A stretch of DNA of 64,000 bases from Nannocystales bacterium (lineage in GTDB: Bacteria; Myxococcota_A; Polyangia; Nannocystales; Nannocystaceae). Positions 21,070 through 33,840 of this stretch are shown one piece after another. Every line of letters begins with the position of its first letter. Within the stretch, counting starts at the first letter, position 1. The notes under the pieces are model-generated. The model saw only the letters and a list, made by a program, of their open reading frames with translations, did no database searches and had not been told where the DNA came from. The stretch lies in NCBI GenBank assembly GCA_050633305.1, contig JBOEGF010000027.1, positions 178,956-242,955 of the forward strand. The letters run 5' to 3'. Both the position numbers and the translations under genes were made by a program.

Positions 21070-21819
21070 ATGCCCCGTCGCCTCCACGCGCCAGGCTGCT
21101 TGTTCGCCGTGCTCAGCCTTGCCACGCCCCACGTGGTCCACGCCGAGCCTGTGTCGACGGATCCCGTCGCGGCGCCGACCGAACCCTCCCTCGACAAACC
21201 TGTCGACGAACCGCTCGACGAACCGGCAGAAGAGCCTGCGGACGATGCGCCGGCCGCCGCCTCCGACACGGCGCCGGCGGAGACCAATCCCGACGCCGAC
21301 CGCGCCGAGCCCGAGCCCGAGCCCGAGCCCGAACCCGACGCCGAACCCGAGCCCGCCGATGACGCCGAGCCCGAGCCTGCCGACGACGTCGAGCTCGAAG
21401 GCCCGGAGCAAGATTCGGAGGTCGACGACGCGGTCGCTCCGAGTTCTTCGCTGCCGGACCGCCTCCCGCGACTCCAGCGGATCGGCTGGTACCACGTCCT
21501 CGGCGCGTTCACGCTCGGCACGACCGCGGGCGTGCTCGCCGGCCTCGCCGAGCGGGAAGAGGACAAGGCAACGCGAATCGCATCCGGATACGACGGGGAA
21601 ACCGGCGCTTCGCTGCTCTACGCCGACCGCCAAGAGACCTACGAACGTCGCTTGGACCGCGGGCAGGCGTTCGAGACGAGTGCAATCGTCATCGGGGCAG
21701 CCGCTGGGGTCACCGCGATCGTCGCGATCACGCTGTTTGCGGTCGACGCGAAGCGACGTCCCTCGACGACAGCCCGTCGCACTCGAATCGGTCCAGGGTC
21801 GCTGGAGGTTTCGTTCTGA
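21070..21819 (+). CDS. Hypothetical secreted/membrane protein with Glu-Pro repeats
   Basis: Signal peptide ending VHA, EPEPEP linker, two hydrophobic helices, C-terminal ...LEVSF. Confidence 0.7.
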   Translation: MPRRLHAPGCLFAVLSLATPHVVHAEPVSTDPVAAPTEPSLDKPVDEPLDEPAEEPADDAPAAASDTAPAETNPDADRAEPEPEPEPEPDAEPEPADDAEPEPADDVELEGPEQDSEVDDAVAPSSSLPDRLPRLQRIGWYHVLGAFTLGTTAGVLAGLAEREEDKATRIASGYDGETGASLLYADRQETYERRLDRGQAFETSAIVIGAAAGVTAIVAITLFAVDAKRRPSTTARRTRIGPGSLEVSF

Positions 21820-22229
21820 TGGGCACCACACTTCGCCTCGTTGCCGTCGGGGTCTTGGCCGCGGCATGGGGCTGCTTCAGCGCCCCCTCGGCCGACGTCC
21901 TGTTCGCCTGCGACCCGGCCAACGCGCCCGAATGCCCGCCGGAGTACAGCTGCGAGGCCGATGGCTGCTGCCATCGAAACGGTTCGGATGTCGACGCCTC
22001 CCGGGGCGCGTGCAACTCCGCCGGAACCTCGGGGTTCGACCCGAACGCCACCGACGCTGGAACCGACACGGATCTGGGAACCGACACGGATCCCGACACA
22101 GATCCGGGGACCGACACAGATCCGGGGACCGACACGGGCACCGGCACTGGCGGCGCTGAGGCGTCGACCGCTGCACCCGACACCGACGCGACCGCTTCTT
22201 CGAGTGGTAGCGCGACCTCCGGTCGCTAA
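21819..22229 (+). CDS. Cys-rich lipoprotein with TDTDPG repeats
   Basis: AWGC lipobox, C-x7-CPPEYSC-x4-CC, degenerate 18-bp repeats 22059-22146; ATG overlaps upstream TGA. Confidence 0.72.
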   Translation: MGTTLRLVAVGVLAAAWGCFSAPSADVLFACDPANAPECPPEYSCEADGCCHRNGSDVDASRGACNSAGTSGFDPNATDAGTDTDLGTDTDPDTDPGTDTDPGTDTGTGTGGAEASTAAPDTDATASSSGSATSGR

Positions 22230-22524
22230 CCAGCGAGCCCCGTCGCGAACTCGGATCACGCCCGCGGTACGGCGGCGGCTCCGCCCCTTTGCGTTGCACC
22301 CCGGCCCCAGCTCCCCAATCGCGGCGTTGGAGATCGGCCGGTTGTTGACCGTGGCTCCGCGAGCCCGGAGTCGCGAGATGGCCCGCCCGGTGGGCTTCAA
22401 CTTCGTGTGAGACATCCCCGCGGGCCTCGCGAGCCCGCCGTAGCCCCCGTGGGGGGGTCGCTGCGTTCGCGCCCATCGCGGCCTTGCCGCCCGGCTCCGC
22501 GGTGCGCTAAAGAAGCCGCGAACC

Positions 22525-23250
22525 GTGGGCCTCAAGGATCTATTCAGTAGTTCGGGACGCGCCAAGTCGCGGCTCGACAAGTGGACCAAGACGGCGACGA
22601 GCCCGTACACGCAGTCGGCCGAGCGGTACGCGGCGATGCAGAACATGATCAAGGACGGCTCCGACGAGGCGCTGTTCTGCCTGTTCAAGCGGTTCACGGT
22701 CGTCTCGACCAAGAGCATCGAAGACGAGGAAGAGAAGAGCTGGGCCTATCGGGAGCTGTCCGGCCTTGGGCCCAAGGTCCTCCCCGCCGCCAAGCGCTTC
22801 TGTATCGAGGCCGAGAGCGTTGCGTGGGCGCTGCGCATCATCGAAGACGTCGCCGACGAGACCCAGGAATGGGAAATTCTCGACGAGCTGCTCAAGAACC
22901 ATCCGCCCGGTTACGAGCGCGACGCGGCGAAGAAGCAGCAGATTCTCACCCACCTCTCGGAGATCGACGACCCCAAGGTTGCCGAGCTTCTCGCGGGGTA
23001 TCTCGAAGACCACGACGAGGGCGTGCGGTTCTTTAGCGTGGAACAGCTGGTCGACATCGCGGACGAGTCGGTCAAGCCCGCGATGCTCGCCCGCCTGCTG
23101 AACCCCGAAGAAGACTCGCTCCGCCTTCGGACGCGAATCCTCGAAGGACTCGCGGAGCTGGAGTGGGATGTCTCCGAACAGACGGACGCCATCTCCAAAG
23201 TCATTGGTCAAGAACACGCCCTCCAGGGCGGAAAAATCGTCAGAAGGTAA
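22525..23250 (+). CDS. HEAT-repeat protein
   Basis: Helical, [20 protein letters not shown]-like unit; 11 bp upstream of carB. Confidence 0.7.
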   Translation: MGLKDLFSSSGRAKSRLDKWTKTATSPYTQSAERYAAMQNMIKDGSDEALFCLFKRFTVVSTKSIEDEEEKSWAYRELSGLGPKVLPAAKRFCIEAESVAWALRIIEDVADETQEWEILDELLKNHPPGYERDAAKKQQILTHLSEIDDPKVAELLAGYLEDHDEGVRFFSVEQLVDIADESVKPAMLARLLNPEEDSLRLRTRILEGLAELEWDVSEQTDAISKVIGQEHALQGGKIVRR

Positions 23251-23261
23251 GGGATCGGGCA

Positions 23262-26531
<3,270 letters not shown>

Positions 26532-26567
26532 CGACTCTGGGCGCAAGCGCGCGTCCGAAGGCATCTC

Positions 26568-27056
26568 ATGGCCGACGAAACCTACCCGATGACTCCCGCG
26601 GGCCTGCAGACCCTCAAGGCTGAGCTCAAGCAGATCAAAGAGATCGACCGGCCCCACAACGTGCAAGAGATCGAAGAGGCGCTCGAGCACGGCGACCTCC
26701 GCGAGAACGCGGAGTACCATGCGGCGAAGGATCGCCAGGCCGAACTCGACGCCCGCATGCGCTTCGCCGAGTACCGGATCAGCCGCTCCAAGGTCATCGA
26801 CCCCAGCAAGATGAGCTCGCCGAAGGTCGCGTTCGGAGCCACGGTCACCGTGCTCGACATGGACACCGACAAAGAGGACACCTACAGCATCGTCGGCGAG
26901 CACGAGTTCGACGTCGATCGTGGGCGCATCTCGTTCAAATCCCCGATTGCCCGCGTCCTGATGGGCAAAGAAGAAGGCGACGAGGCGATCCTCAAGCTTC
27001 CCCGCGGCGACCGCGAGCTCGAAGTCGTCTCGATCGAATACAAGGCCCTCGAATGA
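26568..27056 (+). CDS. greA: Transcription elongation factor GreA
   Basis: HGDLRENAEYHAAK, ISFKSPIAR; carB-greA synteny. Confidence 0.96.
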   Translation: MADETYPMTPAGLQTLKAELKQIKEIDRPHNVQEIEEALEHGDLRENAEYHAAKDRQAELDARMRFAEYRISRSKVIDPSKMSSPKVAFGATVTVLDMDTDKEDTYSIVGEHEFDVDRGRISFKSPIARVLMGKEEGDEAILKLPRGDRELEVVSIEYKALE

Positions 27057-27526
27057 CCAGCATCCGCGCTCTCGGGCTCGCAGCATTTGCGCTGCTCACC
27101 ACCACCATCACCGCGTGTCGCCCCTCCGAAGGGGAGCGCTGCATCTGTGCGGGTGAGTGCGCAGGCGGACTGGTTTGCGCCGCCGACGGTGCCGTGCTTC
27201 GCGGCGGCCAATGTGTCGGCTCCGTGAGTAACGACCTGGAGTCAGGTGTTTGCGTCGACGCGGGCAACGTCGACTTCGGGGACGACGCCCTCACACCCCC
27301 GCCCAAGTTCGACGCCGGAGGGTGGGCGACCAGCGGCACGCTTCCGATGACGACCGCGAGCAGCGCATCAGAGACAGAGGCCACGACCACCCCCGAGGAA
27401 ACCTCATCCTCCAGCGGCGACACGTCCGGAAGTGAGAGTTCCTCGTCGAGCGATGCGTCGTCCGACACCTCGACCAGCACCGGGACCGCCGAGACCGGCG
27501 CGACCGACACCACGAGCACCATGTAA
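27053..27526 (+). CDS. Cys-rich lipoprotein with Ser/Thr tail
   Basis: ITAC lipobox, GERCICAGECAGGLVC, S/T-rich C-terminus. Confidence 0.7.
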   Translation: MTSIRALGLAAFALLTTTITACRPSEGERCICAGECAGGLVCAADGAVLRGGQCVGSVSNDLESGVCVDAGNVDFGDDALTPPPKFDAGGWATSGTLPMTTASSASETEATTTPEETSSSSGDTSGSESSSSSDASSDTSTSTGTAETGATDTTSTM

Positions 27527-27618
27527 GCGCGCTCGGGGCGGTTGGTTGTTCCCGTATGGAATGGGACCAACAGCCTCCGGGGGCGACGAATGCCCCCTCG
27601 ACGGATATCGTGAGCGGC

Positions 27619-28449
27619 ATGCGCAGCTTCAGTTCGGTCGGACCCCTGTGGGCAAGCCTTTGTCTCGCAGGCTTGGCGGTCTTCGGTTGCCAGCGCATCG
27701 GGGACGGTGAGTCCGACGATGACAACGGCAACACACCGGTCGACACCGACATCGACGACGACGGTCTGTCCGGCGGGTCCTTGCTCGAGAGCGGAACCTT
27801 CGACGACACCGCGGACGACGACGACGGCGGCTCCGAAGTCAACTGCGACCCGGTGACCAGTGCGGAGTGCGGTGACGACGAGAAGTGCACCGTGGTCCTG
27901 CAGGGGGCCGAGCCCAGCTTCACGTGTGTGGGCGAAGCCGGCTCGCTCGCCATCGGAGCGGACTGCACGGTCAGCCTCAGCGACGGGTTGGACGGCTGCG
28001 CCGCGGGGAGTGTCTGTCTGGGCGAGGACGCCGGGACCTGCCGGCCCTTGTGTGCCAACTCGTCCGACTGTAGCAGCGCGCTCTGTCTCGACGACCCGCT
28101 CTACGGCGTCCCCCACTGCGCACCGGACTGCTCCCCGTTTGAGCCGACGTGCTCCAACTTGCTGCAATGCCGCCGCCAGAACGACCGATTCTCCTGCGTC
28201 GATGCGCTGCCGGGCGACGTCGGCGGTGCGGGTGAGCCTTGCACCCTGCAAGGCGACGCAGGCTGCGGACAAGGTCAGATGTGCGTGACCGGAGCCCTGG
28301 TTCCAGACTGCACCACCGCCGGCTGCTGTACTCCGCTGTGTGATCTCGACAGCTCGGTCGGGTGTGATGCGCCCGCGACCTGCACCCCCGCGCTCGAGAG
28401 TGCCGCGCCAGGATTCGAGTCCATCGGAGCCTGCTTCGTGCCAGCCTGA
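27619..28449 (+). CDS. Cys-rich lipoprotein
   Basis: VFGC lipobox, acidic linker, many Cys (CDPVT, CRPLC, CCTPLC, IGAC); TATCGT-N7-ATG. Confidence 0.78.
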   Translation: MRSFSSVGPLWASLCLAGLAVFGCQRIGDGESDDDNGNTPVDTDIDDDGLSGGSLLESGTFDDTADDDDGGSEVNCDPVTSAECGDDEKCTVVLQGAEPSFTCVGEAGSLAIGADCTVSLSDGLDGCAAGSVCLGEDAGTCRPLCANSSDCSSALCLDDPLYGVPHCAPDCSPFEPTCSNLLQCRRQNDRFSCVDALPGDVGGAGEPCTLQGDAGCGQGQMCVTGALVPDCTTAGCCTPLCDLDSSVGCDAPATCTPALESAAPGFESIGACFVPA

Positions 28450-28488
28450 GGGCGGCGGGCCATGCCGCTCCCCAACGCCGCGGCTGGG

Positions 28489-29541
28489 TCAGCCAAGCGT
28501 CGACGACGCCCGCCCCCCACCACCGGGCGTCCTGTACCCGCCCGCGCTCCTCGTCGCCCACGAGAGTTGCTCGAGCACGACCTGGGCTTCGCGTGGCTCG
28601 GTGGGCGGGAGCTCCACGCTCGAGAGTTCGAGGTCGCCTGGCCGCTGCCAATCCACGCGAACCTGACCCCGCTGCATCGAAACCGCCCGGATCGCGGACA
28701 GCGGGATGAGGAAGTCTGAGCGCGCGTCGCGACGGCGCAGCGCAAGGACGTCCGCGCGAATCTCGAAGCGCTCGACCGGCTGATCGAGGTGGACCATCGC
28801 CGCCACCACGACGCCGAACAGCAGCAGTATTACGCTGACCGGTCCACCAAGGCCCATCAACGCCACGGTCATGTCGTACACCGCTTCAAAGAAGCTGCCC
28901 TCCCACGCCCGCTCCCGGAACACCCGGACCGGAAGCGTCGGGTTCCCGACAAAGGGTCGCAAGACCCAGGACAACTGGGCACCGACAATTCCGTGGGTCA
29001 GCATCCAAGACCACAACACCCGCCGGGAAACTGCGGCGTCTGCGATGAGGGCGTCGAGGAGCCCGCGGAGTCGAGCGACCGCAACGATTCCTGCGCCCCC
29101 CATGATGAGCACGTGTCCGGTCAGCAGCCAGTGCGAGGTTGGGACCGACTGCGCCCCTTCGGGCGGTCCGACCTGCATCGAAACGAATGCCGCGACGGGT
29201 GCCAAACTGCCCAAGATCGAGCCGAGGATCGCCATCGCCAACACCGATGCGGTCAGAGCCTGAAGTGGCGCGATGCGGGCCCGGAGCAGGCCGGACAACA
29301 CCACGTCCAACGCCGCGGTCAGGGCCGCAGTCGCCAAGAACATCAGCGGCAGTTTGATCGCGCCGCTGACGGCCTGAAGCGGGCTACGCCACAGGCCCAT
29401 CGCAAACCCGTACGCGCCGCAGCCCACCGCAAGGATCGCCAGGGACGTTAGCAGGACGGGGCCGAGACGCTGAGCGTCGACCACCCGCCGCAGCAAGACC
29501 CCGTCCAGGCTGAGAACGCTCCGAAGCTGAGAACGCTTCAT
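28489..29541 (-). CDS. Integral membrane protein (paralog of the upstream gene)
   Basis: About 6 TM segments; AIKLPL, GAQLSWVLRPFVG; ATG overlaps upstream stop. Confidence 0.72.
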   Translation of the reverse strand: MKRSQLRSVLSLDGVLLRRVVDAQRLGPVLLTSLAILAVGCGAYGFAMGLWRSPLQAVSGAIKLPLMFLATAALTAALDVVLSGLLRARIAPLQALTASVLAMAILGSILGSLAPVAAFVSMQVGPPEGAQSVPTSHWLLTGHVLIMGGAGIVAVARLRGLLDALIADAAVSRRVLWSWMLTHGIVGAQLSWVLRPFVGNPTLPVRVFRERAWEGSFFEAVYDMTVALMGLGGPVSVILLLFGVVVAAMVHLDQPVERFEIRADVLALRRRDARSDFLIPLSAIRAVSMQRGQVRVDWQRPGDLELSSVELPPTEPREAQVVLEQLSWATRSAGGYRTPGGGGRASSTLG

Positions 29542-30278
29542 CGACGCGTCGCCGGGACGGAAGCCTGCACCCAGTGCTCGAGGAAGAACATGCGCTCGGA
29601 GTGCCACAGGCCGTCGAACTCGCCGACCAGCGGCCGGAGGGTGGTCGTCATCTGCAGCATCACCACGACGAACATGAGGCCCCACGCGCGTACGCCCGCG
29701 ATCGTCCGGCCGTTGAGCGCCCGCATCACCTTCGACATCAGCCGAACACCGACCGTCGATGCGACGACGAGGGCGATCACATGCAGGCTCCCCATCACTC
29801 CGGGCGCATCCGTGCTCTGCGAAAACAGCCACGTCACAGGCGCAAGCGCGACCAACAGCACGCCAATGAGCGCGATGCCCATCGCCAGCGTTAGCGCGGT
29901 CTCACGCACCGACTGTCCCGCCCCCGCGACCGAGGAGAAGACGTAGAGGCTGGGAAAACACAGCAACGCGCAAACCGTGAGCCCGAGGCAGAGCTTCAGC
30001 GGGACGACGAACATCTGACTCCCGCCGGAGAACGACGCGACGACCAACCCGACGATGACCATGGCCCCGAGCGTCAGCACGGCCAGGCGAAGCACGGGCC
30101 GCCTTCCAGGGCGGTTGGCCTCCGCGAGCAGATCGGCCGGAGTCTGCACGAGCGCGGCAATGATCCCCGCGAACCCGGGCCCGACGGGCCCCCCCTTGCC
30201 TCGCAGCGATGGTTCGACGATCGGAGCGTGAACAGTTGAGGACGGTGTTGGGGGATCGGACTGCGAGCTCGGCACCAC
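29538..30278 (-). CDS. Integral membrane protein (5 TM, Yip1-like topology)
   Basis: 3' part of ORF 29538..31040; PLKL...CFPSLYVF, LQMTTTLRPLVG; start GTG 30278 inferred. Confidence 0.68.
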   Translation of the reverse strand: MVPSSQSDPPTPSSTVHAPIVEPSLRGKGGPVGPGFAGIIAALVQTPADLLAEANRPGRRPVLRLAVLTLGAMVIVGLVVASFSGGSQMFVVPLKLCLGLTVCALLCFPSLYVFSSVAGAGQSVRETALTLAMGIALIGVLLVALAPVTWLFSQSTDAPGVMGSLHVIALVVASTVGVRLMSKVMRALNGRTIAGVRAWGLMFVVVMLQMTTTLRPLVGEFDGLWHSERMFFLEHWVQASVPATRR

Positions 30279-30387
30279 GGCCCAGGGGTAGCGCCGTGCG
30301 TACGCCCGACCCAGCTCAACCCGGGCGAGAGGATGGGGACGTGCACTCAACGGTCGTGGCGGGCGACTCAGTGGCGCCCGCCAACCC

Positions 30388-31037
30388 TCAGGGCAACCCG
30401 ACCGGAAGGGGCTCGCAGCGGGCCCGCGCGACGGTAGACCCCCCGCGATCGCCCCCTCGCGGTTCTGAAGCGAAACAGGCACGGGGACCGTCGCCGCACC
30501 CGGGAGGCGAGACTTCGCGAAGAGAGCCACGGCTCCATCGCAATCAAATGGAGCAAGCGCGTGCGCAGGACCGAGGCTGATGCCGTCCTCGACCACCAGC
30601 TCCCCGGCTTCTTCCCAAAGGTCGACAAACCGGAGTTGCTCACCGAGAGCGATGCCGAGCCAAACCCCCGAGGGGACTTCGGACTCCGCGCCGCCGACCT
30701 CGACGACCAGCACCGGGCCGACCTGCGTCTCCACGCCGCGGACCCGACACGGCAACGTCTCGCACGGAACCGGCATCTCCCCTGCGCTGCGCGACGGAGT
30801 CTTTGTGGAGTGAACGAGTTCCACGATGGTGTCCGTGGCCGGCCGAAGCGCCCACCCGCACACGGAGCCAGCAAACATCGTCAGCGCGCCGGACGGATCA
30901 GCATCGCCACAGGGAGACGCCGGGGCTTCATCGCGATCCTCCGGCGCTTCGGCCTCGGGTGTGCCTGGGGATCCGCCACCGCTGGTGCCGCAGCCGACGG
31001 CAAGCGCCAGCGCGACGAAAGCGATCGTGCGACGCAT
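30388..31037 (-). CDS. Lipoprotein, apparently frameshifted at a G6 tract near its 3' end
   Basis: MRRTIAFVALALAVGC lipobox; one extra G at 30439-30444 gives ...IAGGSTVARARCEPLPVGLP* with stop at 30388-30390. Confidence 0.6.
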
Positions 31038-31651
31038 CAACCGGCAGCGGCGTTGACCGTCAGAGCACCGCCATCACCGGGCGCACCCACGCCGGAGTCG
31101 GAGACTGTGCTGACCGTCCAGACCGTATCTCCGTCGGAGTTGTAGCCCCGGGTGCCGCCGACCTCGAGGCGGACGCGCGGTGCGAACCCGCCGTCGCATG
31201 CCGCGAGTTCCGCGTTGGGCAAGGGCCCGAACAGCAACACACGACCCTCGAGCGGGCCGGTGATGCTGTACGTGACCGTGAGTCGGCTGGAGTCGTCGAG
31301 CAGCTGCTGGTAGCCCACGATTTCGCACTCCGCACGTCCCGGAACATCTTCCTGGCACAGCCGATCCATCCATCCCTCGCCGCCCGCCTCCAGGTCTCCA
31401 AAGACGAGCTCTCCGTCCTCGCCCTCGAGACCCCAGTTCGAGTTGGTCGCGTAGAAATCCTCGTAGCAGGACTCGTAGCTCATCTGAATCTCGACCTGCG
31501 TTGTTCCCGTGAAGGGACTCTCGGCCTCCGAGTCGGAGCGCGAGAACTGGATCTTCACGAACCCGTGGGTGTCTTCGACTGGGGGGTCTCCGCAGCCGCT
31601 CAGAGCAAGCATCGGAGCCAGGACGAAAGCTGCTACGCAGGCGATCCTCAT
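31037..31651 (-). CDS. Hypothetical lipoprotein
   Basis: MRIACVAAFVLAPMLALSGC; TATGCT-N7-ATG. Confidence 0.72.
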   Translation of the reverse strand: MRIACVAAFVLAPMLALSGCGDPPVEDTHGFVKIQFSRSDSEAESPFTGTTQVEIQMSYESCYEDFYATNSNWGLEGEDGELVFGDLEAGGEGWMDRLCQEDVPGRAECEIVGYQQLLDDSSRLTVTYSITGPLEGRVLLFGPLPNAELAACDGGFAPRVRLEVGGTRGYNSDGDTVWTVSTVSDSGVGAPGDGGALTVNAAAG

Positions 31652-31891
31652 CGCGCGGAGCATATCGCACCCTCCTAGGGCCGAGCCACGGGCAAGCTGC
31701 CCCGGCGTCGGTCGTGTGCGACCGCAAACGAAGGCGGCTCGCAGTACCGGTGAGGTGACGCCGATCACAGGGGCCCCATGGTGCCAGGGACCGGCTCGAG
31801 GGGCGTGTTAAGGTCCGGCACCGGCGGTTGTGCGCGTTTTGCACACCGTTGGTTCGACCTTCGCTTCTCTTACCGTCCTGCGCATCTGGCC

Positions 31892-33838
31892 ATGCTCGAC
31901 ACGCCGCCCCCTTCTGCGTCGCCTTCGACTGTCGCTCCCGTCGCCGCCCTTGGCAGCCCGATCGAGCAAAGCCTCGGAATCGTTCAGCCGCTCGCGGCGT
32001 CGTGGCGAGCGCGAGTGGTCGACTCGATGGACACGACCAGTCCCGGAGAACGTTGGTTGGCCGCGGTGCCGGATGTCGGTCCAAGCTGCGAGGTGATCCT
32101 CGCGGACACGCTTCTGCACGATCTGGGCGCCGCCGAAAAAGCAGACCTGCTGCGATGGATTCGGGCGACACAAGACGCATCCGGGGCATGGCTCAGCACG
32201 GGGGGCAGTCCAGATCTCTCGCTGACGGTCCTCGGCTGGTGGGCGCGTCGCTGCGCTGGCGACGACCCGAGCGAGCCCTCGATGGTTCGTGCACAGAGGG
32301 TTGTGCACGCGCTTGGCGGTGCACAGCGAACAAACTTCGAGGTCCGGCTGTGGCTCGCGCTGTGCGGCGCTGTGCCCTGGGACTTCCTCCCCGCCATCCC
32401 TGGCGAGCTGTTCTTGCTGCCGCGCTCGATGTGGGTCTCGCCCAGCCGCGTGGCTCCTTGGGCCCGCGGCGTGCTGACGCCGTACTACGTCCTGGCTCGA
32501 GCCGGTGCCCGTCTGCGGCTGCCAGACCCCTCGCCGCTCATGCTGCGTCGCGATCCGGACGCATCCATGGTGTGCCCACGACTCACCCGGCCCGGCCTTG
32601 CGGGGGATCTGCTGCAGGCCTTCGACCGAACGGTGAAGCTGTCGCAGAAGCTCCCACGCGGTCCACTGCGGCGCCGCGCGGTCGCTCGCGCGGTCGCGTG
32701 GATCGAGGACACCAAACAGCGCCACGGAGGATGGTTCTCCACCCGACCGACGCTGCTGTCGCTTCTGGCGCTGCGAGTCCAAGGCGCCACGGAAGACGAC
32801 CCCCGCGTGGTCAGCGGCCTCGCTCACCTTCGGGCATCCCGAGGCAACGCGGTCGTTCGCCGCGGCATCGGCCAGGGCGAGACAGCGCTGGCGCAGGGGC
32901 TCGGCGGCACACACGTCGCGACCGCAGCTCGCCTCGTGCTCGCCGACGGCACGCCCTCCGACATCTCGACGCTGCTCCGCATGGAGCTGAGCACGCCCGG
33001 GCCGTGGCAGGACCGGGCCAACGCACTCGCGGGTGGCTGGCCCCACGAGCCGGGTGCCGAACACCACCTCGACCTGGACGCGACCTGCAACGTCCTCGCC
33101 GTGCTCGGCGGGATCGCCGAAGACAGCCCGCTGCGCACCCCGGCCTGGGCCGCCCGGCGGCGAGCCACCGACATTCTGCTCGCAATGCAGGAGGGCCCCG
33201 GCGGCTTCGCCCGCTTCGAACGCGGAGAAGCGTCCGTGTTCCTGAGGCGTTTTCCGTGGGCCGACGGCGACCTGCTGGCGATGGGGAACCCCCGCGACAC
33301 CGACCGCGTCCGACTCGCCGCCCATGCCCTGGGCCACCTCGGCCGGACCGGCTTCCGCATCGATGACGACCGAGTCGCCCGCGGGATCGCCTGGCTACGG
33401 AGCGTCACCTCCGATGCCTATGACACCCGTTCGATCGCGACGCTCTCGGGCCTGGCGGGTGCGGCGGTCGCAACCTGCCCTCCGTCACACCCGATGCGCC
33501 AAGAGATGGAACACCGGCTGCGCGCTCGCCAGCGCGAGGACGGAAGCTTCGGCGACCTCGTCGACACCGCCCAGGCCCTGTGCGCGCTGCTCGAACTCTC
33601 GGGCCCCTGCGTGCAGTGTCATCGCGCCGCTCGGCACCTCGCCGAAGCCGTGGCCCGCCACGGCGATGACCTCGAGCTCGCCAGTCAGGCCTCGTGCCAA
33701 GGACTGGGCCTCAGCGCCCGACTGGAGGACCCGTCAGCAACCGCGCGCGAAGTCTCGCTCGCCCTCCGTGCGTTCGTCCGGCAGACCAGCGGCGCACAAC
33801 CCAACAAACGAACGGGCTCCCGTTCGTCCAACAGGTAG
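31892..33838 (+). CDS. Divergent squalene-hopene cyclase-like (class II triterpene cyclase) protein
   Basis: QDASGAW, DLSLTV, GGAQRTNFEVRLWLAL.G..PW..LPAIPGELFLLP, PWARG, LRRRAV, QRHGGW, LAMQEGPGGFARFE, QREDGSF; catalytic-region motif GGWP...DLDAT. Confidence 0.8.
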   Translation: MLDTPPPSASPSTVAPVAALGSPIEQSLGIVQPLAASWRARVVDSMDTTSPGERWLAAVPDVGPSCEVILADTLLHDLGAAEKADLLRWIRATQDASGAWLSTGGSPDLSLTVLGWWARRCAGDDPSEPSMVRAQRVVHALGGAQRTNFEVRLWLALCGAVPWDFLPAIPGELFLLPRSMWVSPSRVAPWARGVLTPYYVLARAGARLRLPDPSPLMLRRDPDASMVCPRLTRPGLAGDLLQAFDRTVKLSQKLPRGPLRRRAVARAVAWIEDTKQRHGGWFSTRPTLLSLLALRVQGATEDDPRVVSGLAHLRASRGNAVVRRGIGQGETALAQGLGGTHVATAARLVLADGTPSDISTLLRMELSTPGPWQDRANALAGGWPHEPGAEHHLDLDATCNVLAVLGGIAEDSPLRTPAWAARRRATDILLAMQEGPGGFARFERGEASVFLRRFPWADGDLLAMGNPRDTDRVRLAAHALGHLGRTGFRIDDDRVARGIAWLRSVTSDAYDTRSIATLSGLAGAAVATCPPSHPMRQEMEHRLRARQREDGSFGDLVDTAQALCALLELSGPCVQCHRAARHLAEAVARHGDDLELASQASCQGLGLSARLEDPSATAREVSLALRAFVRQTSGAQPNKRTGSRSSNR

Positions 33839-33840
33839 AC

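Noticed and set aside
19750..21867. 705-aa minus-strand ORF and similar long Arg/Gly-rich overlapping ORFs across the window
   Set aside because: Shadow ORFs typical of high-GC DNA; they overlap well-supported genes and have no motifs.
22059..22146. 18-bp repeats as a regulatory array
   Set aside because: They encode the TDTDPG linker of a lipoprotein.
29538..31040. 500-aa lipoprotein-membrane protein fusion
   Set aside because: Better explained as two genes joined by a one-base homopolymer indel.
31821..31843. Sigma54-like TTTTGC upstream of the cyclase
   Set aside because: Lacks the GG at the -24 position.
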